A stretch of DNA of 62,945 bases, counting the filler, from Porpidia crustulata (Eukaryota): the NCBI GenBank assembly GCA_964255105.1. It is 18 parts of 18 records of this genome, joined end to end, with 100 filler letters (N's around TTAATTAATTAA, not from the genome) between each part and the next. Parts side by side here need not be neighbours in the genome. Positions count along the whole stretch, not along the records: positions 31,876 to 35,267 come from CAXUWE010002312.1; positions 35,368 to 38,755 come from CAXUWE010002313.1; positions 38,856 to 42,236 come from CAXUWE010002314.1; positions 42,337 to 45,708 come from CAXUWE010002315.1; positions 45,809 to 49,173 come from CAXUWE010002316.1; 13 more parts are not named here. The stretch is one strand, 5' to 3'. This document shows positions 35,217 to 48,490 of this stretch, one piece after another. Numbering within the stretch: position 1 is the stretch's first letter; each line of letters begins with the position of its first letter. A program made the translations under genes and the position numbers. The notes under the pieces were generated by a model, which was not told the origin of the DNA, did no database searches, and was given only the letters and a program-made list of their open reading frames with translations.

Positions 35217-37095
35217 CTGAGTGGGAAGGTGGGGAGGTTAGGGATGATGGGGTGTGGGTTGTAAGGGNNNNNNNNNNNNNNNNNNNNNNNNNNNNNNNNN
35301 NNNNNNNNNNNTTAATTAATTAANNNNNNNNNNNNNNNNNNNNNNNNNNNNNNNNNNNNNNNNNNNNCCCCCATTCTCCCACCCCCGCTACCATTTGCAC
35401 CCGGTCATCCGATGGCGGAGACAGCGTTCCCGTGCGCATTTCTGTCGTTGATCGGAGCGTAAAATGGACACTGGCGCTATTGTTGTCGGGCGGCACCGTT
35501 ATGATGGACGGGAGCCTATCGCTGTTGTGTTAGAAGGGCACGAAATGGGAAGAGGCGATTGAGGAAGTTGGAGGTTGGTAGTGTGGGGGTGAAGTGAGTG
35601 GTGAGAAAGGGACCTATATGTCAGGTCGTCACCGGTAGGATTGCGTTGGGGCTTGTGGTGGAGGTAGCGATGGGATCGGGTTTGATAGTGGCGGGGAAGG
35701 TTGGAAGGATGTTTTGGTCGTTGATGTTGGTGATGGAGATGTTATTGATGGTACTGCATAATCCACTGCAGAGACCTTGGGCGTTGTGGGATCTTTTGAG
35801 GAGGTTGACCCGCTGGTCGAAGGATATGTTCGAGTTGCGAGCTTGGATGTCGTGGCAGTAGCGGTGTACGGTCTTGCGCCCGAGTCCCTCGATTTGTTCT
35901 TGGAAAGACGAACGACACAGTACCAATTGATAAGGTGGGAAATGCTGAAATGAATTGGATGGGCGTATTGATGTGGAGTGTTTGAAATATTGCCAGATGG
36001 AAAGGCATATGGGATGCCAAGCTTTTGATTGCTCACAGAGATCAGTACAGCTATTCGTAGAGCAATGTCAAGATTGGAGGCTTCTAGTCAGTAGTGCGAC
36101 TTCCTAGGAAGAGAAACCAACAAAAGTTCCAGCAATGGAAACATAACGACATCTACTGCGAATACAGTACTCTACGGAATGGAAAAGAAGATTTCAAGAC
36201 GTATGATCGTCGAAGGAAAAAAGAAAGAGAGTTCAGCCTCAAACACGTTCTTCTTGAAGACTACGTAATCAGAAGTTTCAGTTGTGAGTCATTATAGTGG
36301 CCAAGATCCAATTCCTGTAGCGATATATTCGAGGTAGAGTAGGTGGTGACTGAATACGCCATGAGGTACTGCGTACTGCAAGATCTATTCCGCGCGCGAA
36401 GGATCGCGGAAAAATTGCCCTCAAATATTGACTGATAGATGGGCAAGCCAGATGTGATTCGACCGACTTGGCGCTCTAAGCAACGTAAGGCACAATTGCC
36501 AGCATTCGTCTCATTGCGCTATTGATCTTGATGTGATACCATCAGAGTGACAGCTGATCAGCTTCAGGCAGCGCTTTCTGACAATTCTAGGTAGTGTTGG
36601 CCGTATATCGAAATGGGACTACCGTGGAGTTTGACGTTTGGGAGGGAAGATTAACAGTACATTAAGTTGATCTTTAGGACAACCTTCAAAGGGTAGATGT
36701 TTCATCAGATCAAGACAAGCATTGAGATGACGCTATGGCTCATCAGCAATCTCATATTGAAGACGAAGGCTCAGTGCCAGGGTTTTGTGTCTGGTCAAGA
36801 AATGCCAGGACCAATTTCTACAAGAGACGTCCACGATGACCGGCAAGTCGATCGTTGAGGGTCTTAAATTGAGCGGTGATTCCGAAGTATCCAAGATATA
36901 TCCTTCGAGTGAAAGCGTCATTGGCTTCGTATCGTCGCAAAGTTTGAGTTCTTCCGCAGAATAAGGTCCTCTAGGCACGAGTAGCACCCTTGAAATGGTA
37001 TCCAGGAAATAATGTTATAAGACTATCTTTGCATTCCATAGGCTCTCTGACGGATCGGTCCTCAGCCTTTCTTGAATCTGGAGATTTACTTCCTT

Positions 37096-38499
37096 TTACG
37101 TTCCGTTTTGGCTTTCCCGATCTTGAGCTTCTGTCCTCGCACTAATGATCTCCGACTCAAACTCCTTCAGCGCCCTAATCTCCGAGCTCATGAAAAGGCC
37201 TCCAATCAAGCCATCAATCACTCCCGCTCCGAAGCTGAGAGTACTTATTAAAACCAGCAAGAACGAGACAAAGGCTCGCGGAGACCACCAGGTCGCAGCA
37301 AAGCAGCCTATGGAAATGAAAATCGAGAGGATAAAATGTCCTAGGCGTAATTGGCGCTGACGGCGCTCACGGAGGGTATATGAGTCTATCATGCTAAGGA
37401 TCTTAGTATAAGTCGATACAGGTAAAGGGACAGTCCCAGAGTCAACAACTCTCTCCGGAATATCTCGTGCAATATCTGCAGAATTAAGCGCGGATCGTGA
37501 GAGCGTGACTTCTACGGAGAAGTGATCACTAAGGGAGCAACCTAGCGAGGGATGGCGCTCTGTCATCCCAACTCTAGCGCCGTCGATGCGCCATTTGTGT
37601 TCTTGTACGGAGGCATGGCCAATACCGTCTCCGATAAAGACATAGTCAAGCCTTTTCGCTCCTGGATCCAGCGTCTTCTCCTCGACAATTACTTTTTCGC
37701 CTTTGCGCAACCTTTTCTGCTGCTTTTTGCTCCACCGCCATGTATTCATAATGCTGTCACAAGTAGCTCCATTCTCAGTTGTATTGTACCATGCGTTCGG
37801 AATTCCACGTCCTCTCTCCTTCTCTACAGTATCGATCGCAGCACCAATAGAAGAATTCGGATGCAGCATTCTCCAGGCATCAATGACGGGGGCATGGGCT
37901 ATAATAAGTTTATGGGCAAATGACAGCGGAAGCATGTTGAAATCCCCAAGTCCAATAACCAAGTGGCCCCTTTCAGCAGCGCCACGCATCAGCTTTGCAA
38001 TTTCCCATGCCTGAGCAGTCCGGTGGCAGAGATAGGAATCGTTGGGTTCCCCTTCGTAGGGAGCATGGAGATGAGTGCAGAAAACTTCTGCAATGTCACA
38101 CGAGCGTTGACCCATCCTGATTCTAGCACAAGCAACTCCTTTCCCAACATACCAGTCACCTCGGAAGAATGCTGTGGGGCGTCCGTTGAGAGGATACCGC
38201 ACCATGCTCGATTCGATAATTGGCCATTTAGATAGAATAGCAAGACCACCGCCGAACACACCACTCCAGTAGAATTTGCCATGCGGAAGAATATGCTTCG
38301 TCTGCTCTCGAATACTATTGTAGTCTTCCTGAGTCCAGCATTCTTGCAGTCCTACTATTTGCGGAATAGGGTAAGCAATGGCAATCCGTCTTCCAATTTC
38401 GGACAATCGTTCTTTGCGGAGCTTAGAGATGTACTTTAGACCCAGACAATTATATGAGATTATATTCAGATTTATTGGAGACTGTAGATGAGCGTCCAT
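37096..38499 (-). CDS. ISC1: Inositol phosphosphingolipid phospholipase C (neutral sphingomyelinase, EEP fold)
   Basis: NCLGLKYISKLRKERL, LQECW, YPLNGRPTAFFRGDWYVGKG, THLHAPY, GDFN, KRLDYVF, SDHF, and two C-terminal transmembrane helices. Confidence 0.95.
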   Translation of the reverse strand: MDAHLQSPINLNIISYNCLGLKYISKLRKERLSEIGRRIAIAYPIPQIVGLQECWTQEDYNSIREQTKHILPHGKFYWSGVFGGGLAILSKWPIIESSMVRYPLNGRPTAFFRGDWYVGKGVACARIRMGQRSCDIAEVFCTHLHAPYEGEPNDSYLCHRTAQAWEIAKLMRGAAERGHLVIGLGDFNMLPLSFAHKLIIAHAPVIDAWRMLHPNSSIGAAIDTVEKERGRGIPNAWYNTTENGATCDSIMNTWRWSKKQQKRLRKGEKVIVEEKTLDPGAKRLDYVFIGDGIGHASVQEHKWRIDGARVGMTERHPSLGCSLSDHFSVEVTLSRSALNSADIARDIPERVVDSGTVPLPVSTYTKILSMIDSYTLRERRQRQLRLGHFILSIFISIGCFAATWWSPRAFVSFLLVLISTLSFGAGVIDGLIGGLFMSSEIRALKEFESEIISARTEAQDRESQNGT

Positions 38500-39341
38500 T
38501 TTAAGCAAAAAGGCCAAGAACAAACGGAATAAACAGAACGAAATTGCGATATCCAAGGAAACATGAAACAAAACTGCACGTGATGATCAAGGTATCTACA
38601 GGCAAGTATGTATCAGAAGAAGCGAGGTATTTGAAAGGAAATGTTTAGTCTTAGTACGGCGGGCAACTGGGTAATTACCGACAAAACGAATTTCCAGAAT
38701 CTGTTGAAAATAGAGCATCTAGGTCCTACGACTAGGTGTTCGGGGTGCTTACGCTNNNNNNNNNNNNNNNNNNNNNNNNNNNNNNNNNNNNNNNNNNNNT
38801 TAATTAATTAANNNNNNNNNNNNNNNNNNNNNNNNNNNNNNNNNNNNNNNNNNNNCCCACCCTCTGATTCCCACCACTCGCAAACCTCACCGCCGAAAAA
38901 CTAAAAAAAAAAAAAATAAACCTAAAAGACCACGTGATTAAAAAGGTCCCGTATGTGGACCGGGGGGGTGGCGGGGGTGTAATCACATGTCCGAAAAGGT
39001 CAAGGGAAATATTGGTAGTAAAAGAAATGCTGAGAAATTGGAAAAGTTGTGGCGAGATGGATTTCCTGGCGCGAGGGGAAACTGAGGGAAAGGGTATTAT
39101 GACAGGTTATCGTGAGGCATGCCGGAAATCGCAGAATGGGGATGCCGAGAGTTTCTATGCGTGTGTGTGTGACGGAAGACCTTTTGTCGAGGGCGCCTGG
39201 ACCGAATAATTTCCACGGCCGGGTAGGTTGTAAGGGAAGTGTGACGCCTCTAGCAGGGTCGTACTAGGGTATTTGGACGGTCTCGAATGAGGAATAAACA
39301 CTGTCGTTGGGCGTAACAAAAATACAGCGAAACGGCTCCGT

Positions 39342-41689
39342 CTATATCGGTTGCTGCAATAAATGGCTCGCTGAAATCATCTGGCTTGGTGCTGCCATAC
39401 CGCCCTGCATTCGCATGGACACCGGAGCCATGGTCGCCATGGAACTCGGAATGTAGTTGTGCTGTTCCGGCGGAGGCGACTCTTCGTCGAGGGCGCCAAA
39501 TTCGTTGTCTTCGATATCGAGGTCTTCGTCACTGTAGCGATTGCCAATCTCGCCACCATCAGGATGAGCTTCATGGGTGCGACGATGCCTGTCGTATGGA
39601 TTAATAACCAAGCTGGGTATGTTCTGGATTTGCAACACTTACTGAGCCAGGTTGTCGGATCGCGAAAAGGATTTGCCACAGTGGGGACAGCAATAAGGCC
39701 GCTCCTGAGTGTGTGTTCGTACGTGCCTAAGCGCCGAAAGTGTGAGCGGATGCAGCCATTGTGCAAGTTTGACGATAAATGTAGATCATAGCCCATACCT
39801 TTTTAGATGTTCCAGTCGCTTGAAGAGGCGTCCACAAGTGGGAATCGGGCAGGAATGCGATTTGTGAGGGTAGGGACCCAGCTCCATCATGGTAGCGCTT
39901 CTGGCTCGCCGTATGGGACCCGGGCGATCGTTACGGGCGGCTGGACTACCATTGAGCGGCTGAGGATGAATGTTGTCTTGTTGGTATTGTGAGTAATCGT
40001 CTTGGGGTTGCAGCATGCCCATATTTGGGACTGGACTGCCTTCAAGAGTAGGCAACGGTGTACCGTTGCGGGACATCTCTAGCATTTCCTTGTGCTGTGC
40101 GACCATGGTCGCGTAGCCGTTTGGGAGAGCTGGTGGAGAAGTATCTCGTTGCTCATCACCCTCGGCGACCGGTCCAACTGAAGCTGATATAGAGCGACGA
40201 AGATCGCTTTGCCGGTGAACTTGATGCGCCCCGCCGTTTGGTGTTGCTCCAACCGCCGCAGCCGCAGCAGCGCCGGTAGGAATCGATGAGCGCCGTCTTC
40301 TCTGCTTGTATGTAGGTGACCCTTCAATAACGGAGTAAACATTGGCTGCAGGGTACCCTCGGGAAGTCGAAGAAAATTGCCCTCCTGACAAGTTCGATGG
40401 CGGCAACTGCATCATGGCATTAAAGTTCTGTGACGAGCCGACGTCTGGAATGGCCGTATAAAGACCTGTGTCTTCATTCGCAATGTACGCTGGCTCTGCT
40501 CCCAGCGATTGTGCAGGCTGAGGCGGAGTAACGGGCTCGAAGGAGATGCCTCGATTGCTATAATCTTCGAATTGTGACGAGACAAAGGATGGCGCTGGCG
40601 AGTATTCCATGTACGTGGGCATCGACGTATGCCTCTGGTGTACCCTCGTGAGCGGAATGCCATTTCGATCGTACTGTAGCTGCCCGTAATCCTGCTCACG
40701 CTTGACATAGTTGGCGGCCACTGCAGATGGCATTTGAACCTGGGAATATGCGCCCATTGAGTTGTTGACCTCTTCCGTTACTGTTGGCATCGGTTGAGGT
40801 ACCAATTGGGGTGGAGGCATAGAGTCCACGGCGCGCATAACCGGCGAGGTCGATTGCGAGTACGAGGAGCTTGCGTTGGCTGAGAAGGACGACGTATTGG
40901 CTTGTTGCGCCTTTGTGAGCTGCTCGAAGAGCGATTGGGAAGAGTCGAATTCAAAGGATAGGGCTGGTTCGTTCACAGCCATCGTTGTGGCCTCCTGGTT
41001 CATTTTCTCTCTCTTCAAGTCCCTCTCCAGGGCATCGAGGAAGAGCCGGTCGTGTGGCACGCTGTACCAATAGAATACCTTCTGCTTCTTTTGAGTGCGG
41101 ATGCAGTTGTTCTTGTACATAAAGTCTAAGAAAGGGCTCTTGGGCTCTTCCAGTGACGCATCCGTGCCAGATTTGAGGTTGCGCAAATCTGAAAAGATTC
41201 CCTCTTCGAATTTCTTCGAGTTCTTGACCGGTCGCCCGAACGCTTGAAATCTGAAAGACAGGCATCTTACGATGTCTGTCCCAGAGATGTGAAATAGGTT
41301 GTTCCTGCAATGCATCAGTTGCCATGACATCTGACATCCCACGACTGCTTGACTGACCATAGAACACAAGAAACGTATTCGCCGGTGGGTAGGAGAAATC
41401 TACGGATGTACTGATCTGGGGTCCAATCGACAGGCGCCGATATTAAGAAATATTTTACTATTCATCGTATTAGCCTCGTTGCAAGGTAGACTCGCGTTGA
41501 GTACAAGTCTTAGGTCTGAGAGTCGAAATTGCTGGAAAGAAAATGCGATGTTGGATTGCACTTACAATTATCAACTTGCTGAAGCGCAACCTGTGCATCC
41601 TGTGGTAGACTTTGCTGAGCAGCATCCGACAGCATGAAAGTCTCGGGCTTCTGCGGCGGTGCCATGGCCGCGCTGTTCTGCGAGTACAT
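39342..41689 (-). CDS. STE12: Ste12-like transcription factor (STE domain + two C2H2 fingers)
   Basis: MYSQ...[81 protein letters not shown]...[18 protein letters not shown]. Introns 41458-41565, 41305-41357, 39727-39798, 39589-39642. Confidence 0.97.
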
Positions 41690-44600
41690 CCTCAAAGCCA
41701 AGTCCTGCAATTACAACGACCGGCGACAAAAGCCGTGGAGTTGGATATGAAGGGACAGCTTCGGGAATAAGATCGCGAGCGCTGGAACTCGCAACGTCAG
41801 AGTTGGCCGCAACGAGGACAAGGGAGCCGGACGGGTCGAGGGCCGAAGGCAATTGAATATGTTCAGTCGCTGTAGGGTAAGCGTCAAGCGACCGTGGGTG
41901 TTTGAACGAAGGTGTCAGAAGGTAGGTGGAGGTTCCAGCCTCGAGGCGTCCTGACGCTGGTGCGGGATCTTGGGGCAAATAGTAGGGCCTGCCCTGGGGG
42001 AATCTTCAAACGGTGGAGAACTATGTCGAATGCCAATGCGGAAACGTGCCAACGGAAGCGACCTTTCAAAGACCGTTTCAACGTTACTTGACGTGAACCG
42101 GATGAGTGTTTGACGAGCTGCGACAAATGGAGGAAATAGCGAGGTTGTAAGAGGGGTTTCGGAGGTAGGTAGATTGCAGTATTGGTGAAGGGGCGGTAGC
42201 TTTCTGAGGGGGATGGTGGGTGGTGGTGGGAGAAGCNNNNNNNNNNNNNNNNNNNNNNNNNNNNNNNNNNNNNNNNNNNNTTAATTAATTAANNNNNNNN
42301 NNNNNNNNNNNNNNNNNNNNNNNNNNNNNNNNNNNNGTGGTGCGGGGAGGCAGAGGTGTGCGTGGGCTGCGGTGGTGATGTTGGCGCTGTGGGATTTTTG
42401 CGGGCTTTGGTGGATGGTTGTGATCTCGGGCTGGGTGGTGGAGATGAGCGGGTTTGGTTTCCGGGCGGTGGATTGTGGGCGTACCGTGATTGATTTTGTA
42501 GGGATGGATGGATAGGGATCCACTCGTTATGTTAGTATCAAGATATCTCAAACGGCGCTCTTTGTAGAGTAATGGTAGTAGGATGGTATTTCTTGTAGCG
42601 AGAGTCTCTCAAAAATGATCCTCGGTATGATAAACCGTAGCTATTTACATCGATAGTCATCTGTATGTATTCGTGCAGAAACTAAAATCCAACGAGATAG
42701 TATTTATTTGTATAGCGGAGTCTATTCAGCAGGAACGGTAGACGCGGGGATTTGGATGGTTGCGGTGTTGTGTTTTGGGATGCTTGGAGTTAAAAGGAGG
42801 GGGAATGGTGTTTTTTTGGACTAGATGGTTGGTTGGTGATGTATGGATGACTTGAACGCTGGGGTTGTGTTTTAAGGCGTGGTTTGTTCTTGCTTTGGGG
42901 TTTTTTGGGGGAGGTAGAAGGGGTGGTAGGAGTATTTTCGACCCTTTTTGTGTGCACAAAGACGTGCATGTACGAACATCTATCAGCGAAACTGATCAAT
43001 CCCTAAATTATAAATACTACGAATATGTGACTTTCAGGGCGTTGGTGCAGATCTTGATGTTCCTGTGGTATTCAAATGTAGCGGAGCGAGGCGAGTTGGA
43101 AGAGGAAACGGAAGAGACGGTTTGAAATGTAAAACTTGTTGAGGATTAGGAAGATGCTGTGGACTTTTATGGAGATATACCGCTAAAATGGCCATGAAGG
43201 GGTGCTCCGGTTTGATCAATAATGTGCTTGGTGTTCTTGTGAAATCCCAATGCACAGCAGATAGATGGATCTAAAGTGAACGAGGCGGGTTTCATTTGCA
43301 AAACTTTGTTGAGTATTGTCAAGAAGTTTGAATTTCTGGCGGAGATGTGTCGAATATCTCAATGATACCGTTTGGGCCTTCATGGAGAGCAAATTTGTAC
43401 CTGTGAGGATGATACTGCTAACGATGCTGTAGTGAGGGATGAATCGTCAAATTGTAATTGGTGGAGATAGAGAAAGTGGTTGTGGAGATTGGTGTTTCCG
43501 ATCTTAACCGCTGGAATATCTAATGGGTGTTTGACTGAAAGCCGTTGACTGTTATCCCTATTGGTTGTTTATGAAAATTCCAATTAGGCATTATTAAGTG
43601 TTTTTATACACCCATCTCCATATGAGCCGGGTTTTCTGTCTCGGAATCCAAGACCAGGGGTCGTGGGACAGCTGCAAAAATAAAGCTGATGGTACTGCTT
43701 GTTTTACTCAGCTTTCCAATGTAAAATTTGTAGAAGCGGGCTAGATATCTTGGAGATGAGGAGCACCGTCGCCAAGAAGCACACTACCCACGAAGTCTTT
43801 GAGTGAGATCGATGAATATAAACGCAACAGAAAATATAAATATTAGGATATTCCGGTGAACTGTTTAATGATGCGTGGGCCCCTTTTGTGCTTCGGTAAT
43901 CGCCTTGCTGTTAAATTTGAGGGTTGAGCTTAGCCATAGGTATGGCATCTATAGTATTGATAAATATGAAGGATCATCCGAGGCTGAGGTACAAGGATGG
44001 GTCCATTGCCTGTGATTATGGAAACAAAGGCCATCGGATTATCGAAGGGAGCGATGTGGTTTTCCTGGATTACCCGAGTGACATCTTGACCTGTAGTATT
44101 TTCTATCGAGCATAAAGATTATGAATCATAGTTGCTATCCTTTTGCCGAATATGATAGTATAATAATCCGATAATTTTAATTGAAAATCCATGATTCTGT
44201 GACCCTAATGCGGCTCGTGATATTGCTGTGACTTTGGAATAGAGCTAGACTGATGGGCTTGAAAATAGCAGTATTTGAGAAGAGCGCTGCCATTTTTCGT
44301 GTATGGGTATGGCAGAGTTGTTGTACTGATGCTAGTAAACACTCTTGCTGTCACCTCGTCATTGAATTGTAAAATCACAATAGCCAGGGTGAGACTCCAT
44401 AATGTGCATCAGATTTTGAGGTGATTAGAAGTGAAGCAGACACGTAGATGAGCGGCACTGAGAAGGCTCTCCAACCCTGAACCTGACGTCCATATATCAA
44501 GATAGAATATCCAGTAATCAGTAGTGATTTTGACGCTGATAACATAGATAAGAACATTGAGTATCTGATGCCAAATTGGACAGGCCAGCTAGTTGCTCAT

Positions 44601-45503
44601 AGAATCTGGTTTTGCTGTCTCCACTTAGCCAGAAGCGTAGGTAGATGGACAATCCAAAGGCTTGCGACCTAATTGGGGATAATATGCCGATCTTTCATAT
44701 TTCCAATGGCAAAATAGGAAGGCTGGCCAACCACCAGCGATGAGGAGAAGGAGGTCATTGTGATTTTCCAAAAAGTAATCGGGAGGCGGTCTTATCGCCT
44801 ACCAGGAAAGAGAGCATAATGAGGAGGTCTTTGATCGGTCCAGTCGCAGAACAGAAAGTTGAATTTACCACCTTGGGGGAAAATGATGTGTAGGTCGTCG
44901 TGATATTCAAAGAAGCAGTAGGCAGACGGCCCTACCGCATGTCAGGAGTGCGAAGAGAACAAGTTGATTATTCGTCTACCTAGCCGCAGTACTGAATGGT
45001 AGATGAGCCGCCTGTAAGAAAGATGAGAGGACGGCCATCGAAATTTCCAATGCTTAAATGCTATCTCAAACGAGGCCGTTGAGTCTTTCAAAAATGAAAT
45101 AGAGACGCGGGCCAGTCGCTTGTAGAGTGCTTGAAGACGACGATATAGTTTTCCATATGTCAAGCTTCAAGAAAGAAAAGAAGGCCAGCCACCTGCACAG
45201 AGGGTTACGAGGTTCATCGATACGCGCAGCGCCAGGGTAGAGATGTGGATCAGCCGCATGTGAAGAGAGTAAGGATGTTGTCGACTTGTCCATTGACTGA
45301 GCTGGATGTCTGACTTGCGTTATGCATGGAAGAGATCCGGAAATTTCCAATCGCCCAAAGTGCGTATAGACGAAAACAAGGACAGAAACAGCTTTCTTCA
45401 CAACCTAAAGGCAACGGCGACTTGACCCGCCTGACGCATCATCTCCTTCTCCATCGCTGATCCCACCCTCCCTGTCTTCACCCTACTCCAACCCCCAAAG
45501 TCG

Positions 45504-45708
45504 TCACCCCCCCAAAGCCTCCTCATCAGTATTCTCTTCCTCCTCTTCTTCCTTCTTCTGGGCCACTTTGCCTCGCTTTTGAATCGTCTTCGGCTTTGGG
45601 GCGCCACCCTGCCGTCCGCTCGTCCCGGCCTCAACGCGCTTCTGCCAAACGGCATTCATCGCCGCGCTCCTCGCCGCATTCACCACCTTGCCACGGTCAT
45701 TTGTCACC
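45504..45708 (-). CDS. 3' end of an unidentified protein-coding gene
   Basis: Frame open from the contig edge, with G-rich codon bias and a Lys/Glu-rich tail (KVVNAARSAAMNAVWQKR...KKEEEEEENTDEEALGG*). Confidence 0.45.
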
Positions 45709-45808
45709 NNNNNNNNNNNNNNNNNNNNNNNNNNNNNNNNNNNNNNNNNNNNTTAATTAATTAANNNNNNNNNNNNNNNNNNNNNNNNNNNNNNNNNNNN
45801 NNNNNNNN

Positions 45809-47656
45809 AAATATCTCTCCCACCCAGCGCCATCCCTTCCTTCAGCTTCTCACTCCCAAGTCCCCGAGTAGAAGGTCAAAATACGAGATGCCGTCAAATA
45901 CAAAGTCCGGAAAGCGCGCTCCATAGCTGAAGGGGTAGCGCCAGAGGAAGAAGCGGGAGGTTAAGGCGGCCTCGTATAGGATTGGATTGGACGCGTCAAA
46001 CTTCTCTTCTGAATTGCCGTCGCTAGCTTTTTCCGTCTTTAGGATTGGGGTGGTGCCGTTTGGCTCCTTTTCATCCCGAGATACCATGCCATTCCCATTT
46101 ACGCCGTGACTTGATGTGCTAATGGATTTCAGAGGTGTGGAAAGTTTGTTATTCATGTAGGCATAGGCCCAGAGACTGCTGATTTCGGACCTAAGGGCTC
46201 CTTGAAAATTGTGTACTCATCCGAGGAAGACCAAGTTTTTTTCGGGATCAACTGGGGGCGCAATGCAACGCCAGAGGCGCCACGGCGTCATGCCATCTTT
46301 CTTTCCAACGATTGGATCTTCCTTAAAAGATAATGCAGTATTTGAGCTGCTGGGCGAGATCTTGTTGCCAATCTTCGGTTGTTCGGCTAGGCTTGGGAAG
46401 CGTTCTAGGATCTCCGCATCGGCTTTGGAGTTCAGCAAGTCCCACACTTCTACTTGGGTCTTTGTATACTCTGTACTTGGGATGCCAAGCTCCGCATGTA
46501 GGGCTTCTGGCAGAAATTTGACGCCTGCCGCATGACTCCACCCGGTGCTACATATCATTGCGTCTACTCCAACCTCTGACTCGTCCGCGAATTTCATTAA
46601 ACCCCCCTCCCCAAGAACCTTTATATCCTTCTTTACAATCGTCACAATTCCATTCTTGATGAAGTGATGGATATTGGTGGGGTAATTCAAGATACCTATC
46701 CCGGTCGCATACCAGAATGCGCTACCATCGGGTTTCAATTTTTGCAACTCGGGATGCTTGTCCAAGCCGGTTTGTGTCACAGCATCGCTCCCCAGCTGAC
46801 CCCAAAATTTGTCGACAATGAATCTCCCTACACTTGTCTGGTGAAGCAGACTTCTGAGAAACCCAAAGCCGTCAGCATCGCCCCAAATACAGGGGCTAAA
46901 GAAAGTGAACACGCGTGTAGTCGTCAGCTTTTCGAGCCATCTCCTCAACGGGCCAAGATAAATATGTCCGGGGGCCATGTACGTTGGCCCATAGCCCGAA
47001 GAAGAGATGATCCATGTCACCCGCTTTCCGGCATTAGCGAAGAGATATGTGCAATCATAGGCAGCCTTAGAACCGCCGTAGACTGCGACGTGACCGACCT
47101 TTTGGGATTCAAGGAGAGCCGAAGCCTCATGGCGGAATGAACTAAACGTGAGCAGCGGACGCTGGAAATCTTTTCGGCCTGCTAGGGAAATTGGACGTGG
47201 GGAAGATGTGAGGCCGGTAGCGACGATAAGTTTCTTGGTCGTGATAGTCTGGGGAGACTGAGGTTCAGTCGATTTGGAAGGGACAATGTTTAGCTTCCAG
47301 CCTTCCGGAATTCTCTCTGCTGTTTGGACTTTGCTATTCAAGAGCAACCTCCTGATAAGATCGAATCTCGCGGCATATTTGCAGAAATAGTCAAAAACAA
47401 CCTCACCAGGAATATGCTCCTCTTTCTTAACGCCAAACCCTTCGTGCATGGGAAAATCCGTGTATTCGTATGTGCCGAGCAGATTGTTCGAACGTAATCC
47501 AGGATACAGATTTTCTTTCGCCCATGTCCCGCCAATCGATTGATTTGAGTCAATTATTAGCAGCTTGATGTCCGGGCCTAGTTGAGTGTAAATGTGTGCA
47601 GCTGCGAGACCTTGAAGTCCTGCCCCAATGACTATAACATCGTAGCGGGAAGTCAC
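45809..47656 (-). pseudogene. Flavin-containing monooxygenase (FMO-like) with two in-frame TGA stops; 3' truncated
   Basis: DVIVIGAGLQGL, GGTW, LIVATG, VAVYGGSKAAYD, ICSTGW. The frame continues past TGA 46217-46219 (VFLG*VHNFQGALRSEISSLWAYAY) and TGA 45842-45844 (DLGVRS*RKGWRWVGEIF). There is no in-frame ATG at the expected start (GTG 47656). Confidence 0.8.
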
Positions 47657-48490
47657 TGTCGCTTAGAGGACGGAAATCTTGAGGGAAAAAAAAGCATAGA
47701 TGGCCCTAACAAATATATGGGAAACACAGATATGAAGGTAAATCACCGTATGAGCCTGCCACGCTGTGTCTTACACGTGCCTACGAGTGTAAAATGACCA
47801 ATGCGAACGCCTTCAGTCCCCACGACAGCTTCTTTTTGAAGTCAAAATGCGCAGGACCCTGCGGTCCGATCACCTTGGAGCGAGATAAATACTTGCAACG
47901 CTATGCTCACAGGACAGAGATTGAGGGGGGGAACATCATAATATAGGACGCATGAAAGTAAGTCGGAGGACCCCAGAGGAGGCGCGTAGATTAGGTTTCG
48001 TAGCAAGCGGTCCATAGCGTTGAGCCTACTGCACGACACTCTCTAGCATACCGCTGCCTTACGATCGATTTCCATCAGCCGTTTGCATTATCAGGGTTCA
48101 ATGCTGGAGATATATCAGGGCTCGACCTGGCGATTATGAAAGAGGGATGCCAGGACATTCGAGTGGGTTGGTGAAGATATTCGGGTCGAACCAAGCTGTG
48201 CGTAAGTCTGACGATCAAACAATCTCTGCTCCATGTGTTTTGGAGATTCTGGGACGAGGAAAAGCAACCCTCTTTCCCTATGCTATTAGTGTATTTTGTA
48301 GTATGGATTATGTACTCGTCCCGGGCCTGCCTACTTCTCATGCTATATCTTACCTGTAATCCACCGCCTTTCTATTGTGACACAAGCAATCTGCTATCAT
48401 ATGTATTTATATCAAGCTCGCGACACAAGAAGGCAGAACAGAAAGAAGAATAGCATTACCAGAGCTATGTTTGTACAGATCTTAGCTCTA

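Noticed and set aside
35368..36040. Ser/Thr-rich minus-strand fragments resembling a secreted protein
   Set aside because: It needs several frameshifts or stops and has no recognisable domain. It may be a relic but cannot be supported.
42337..45400. G/T-rich ORFs and possible decayed gene pieces in contig 13
   Set aside because: Low-complexity composition explains the ORFs, and no family is recognisable.
45842..46219. TGA recoded as Trp (alternative genetic code)
   Set aside because: TGA terminates apparently intact genes here (4305, 33731, 34545, 48491), TGG is used for Trp throughout, and other disrupted genes carry TAA/TAG. Mutation is the simpler explanation.
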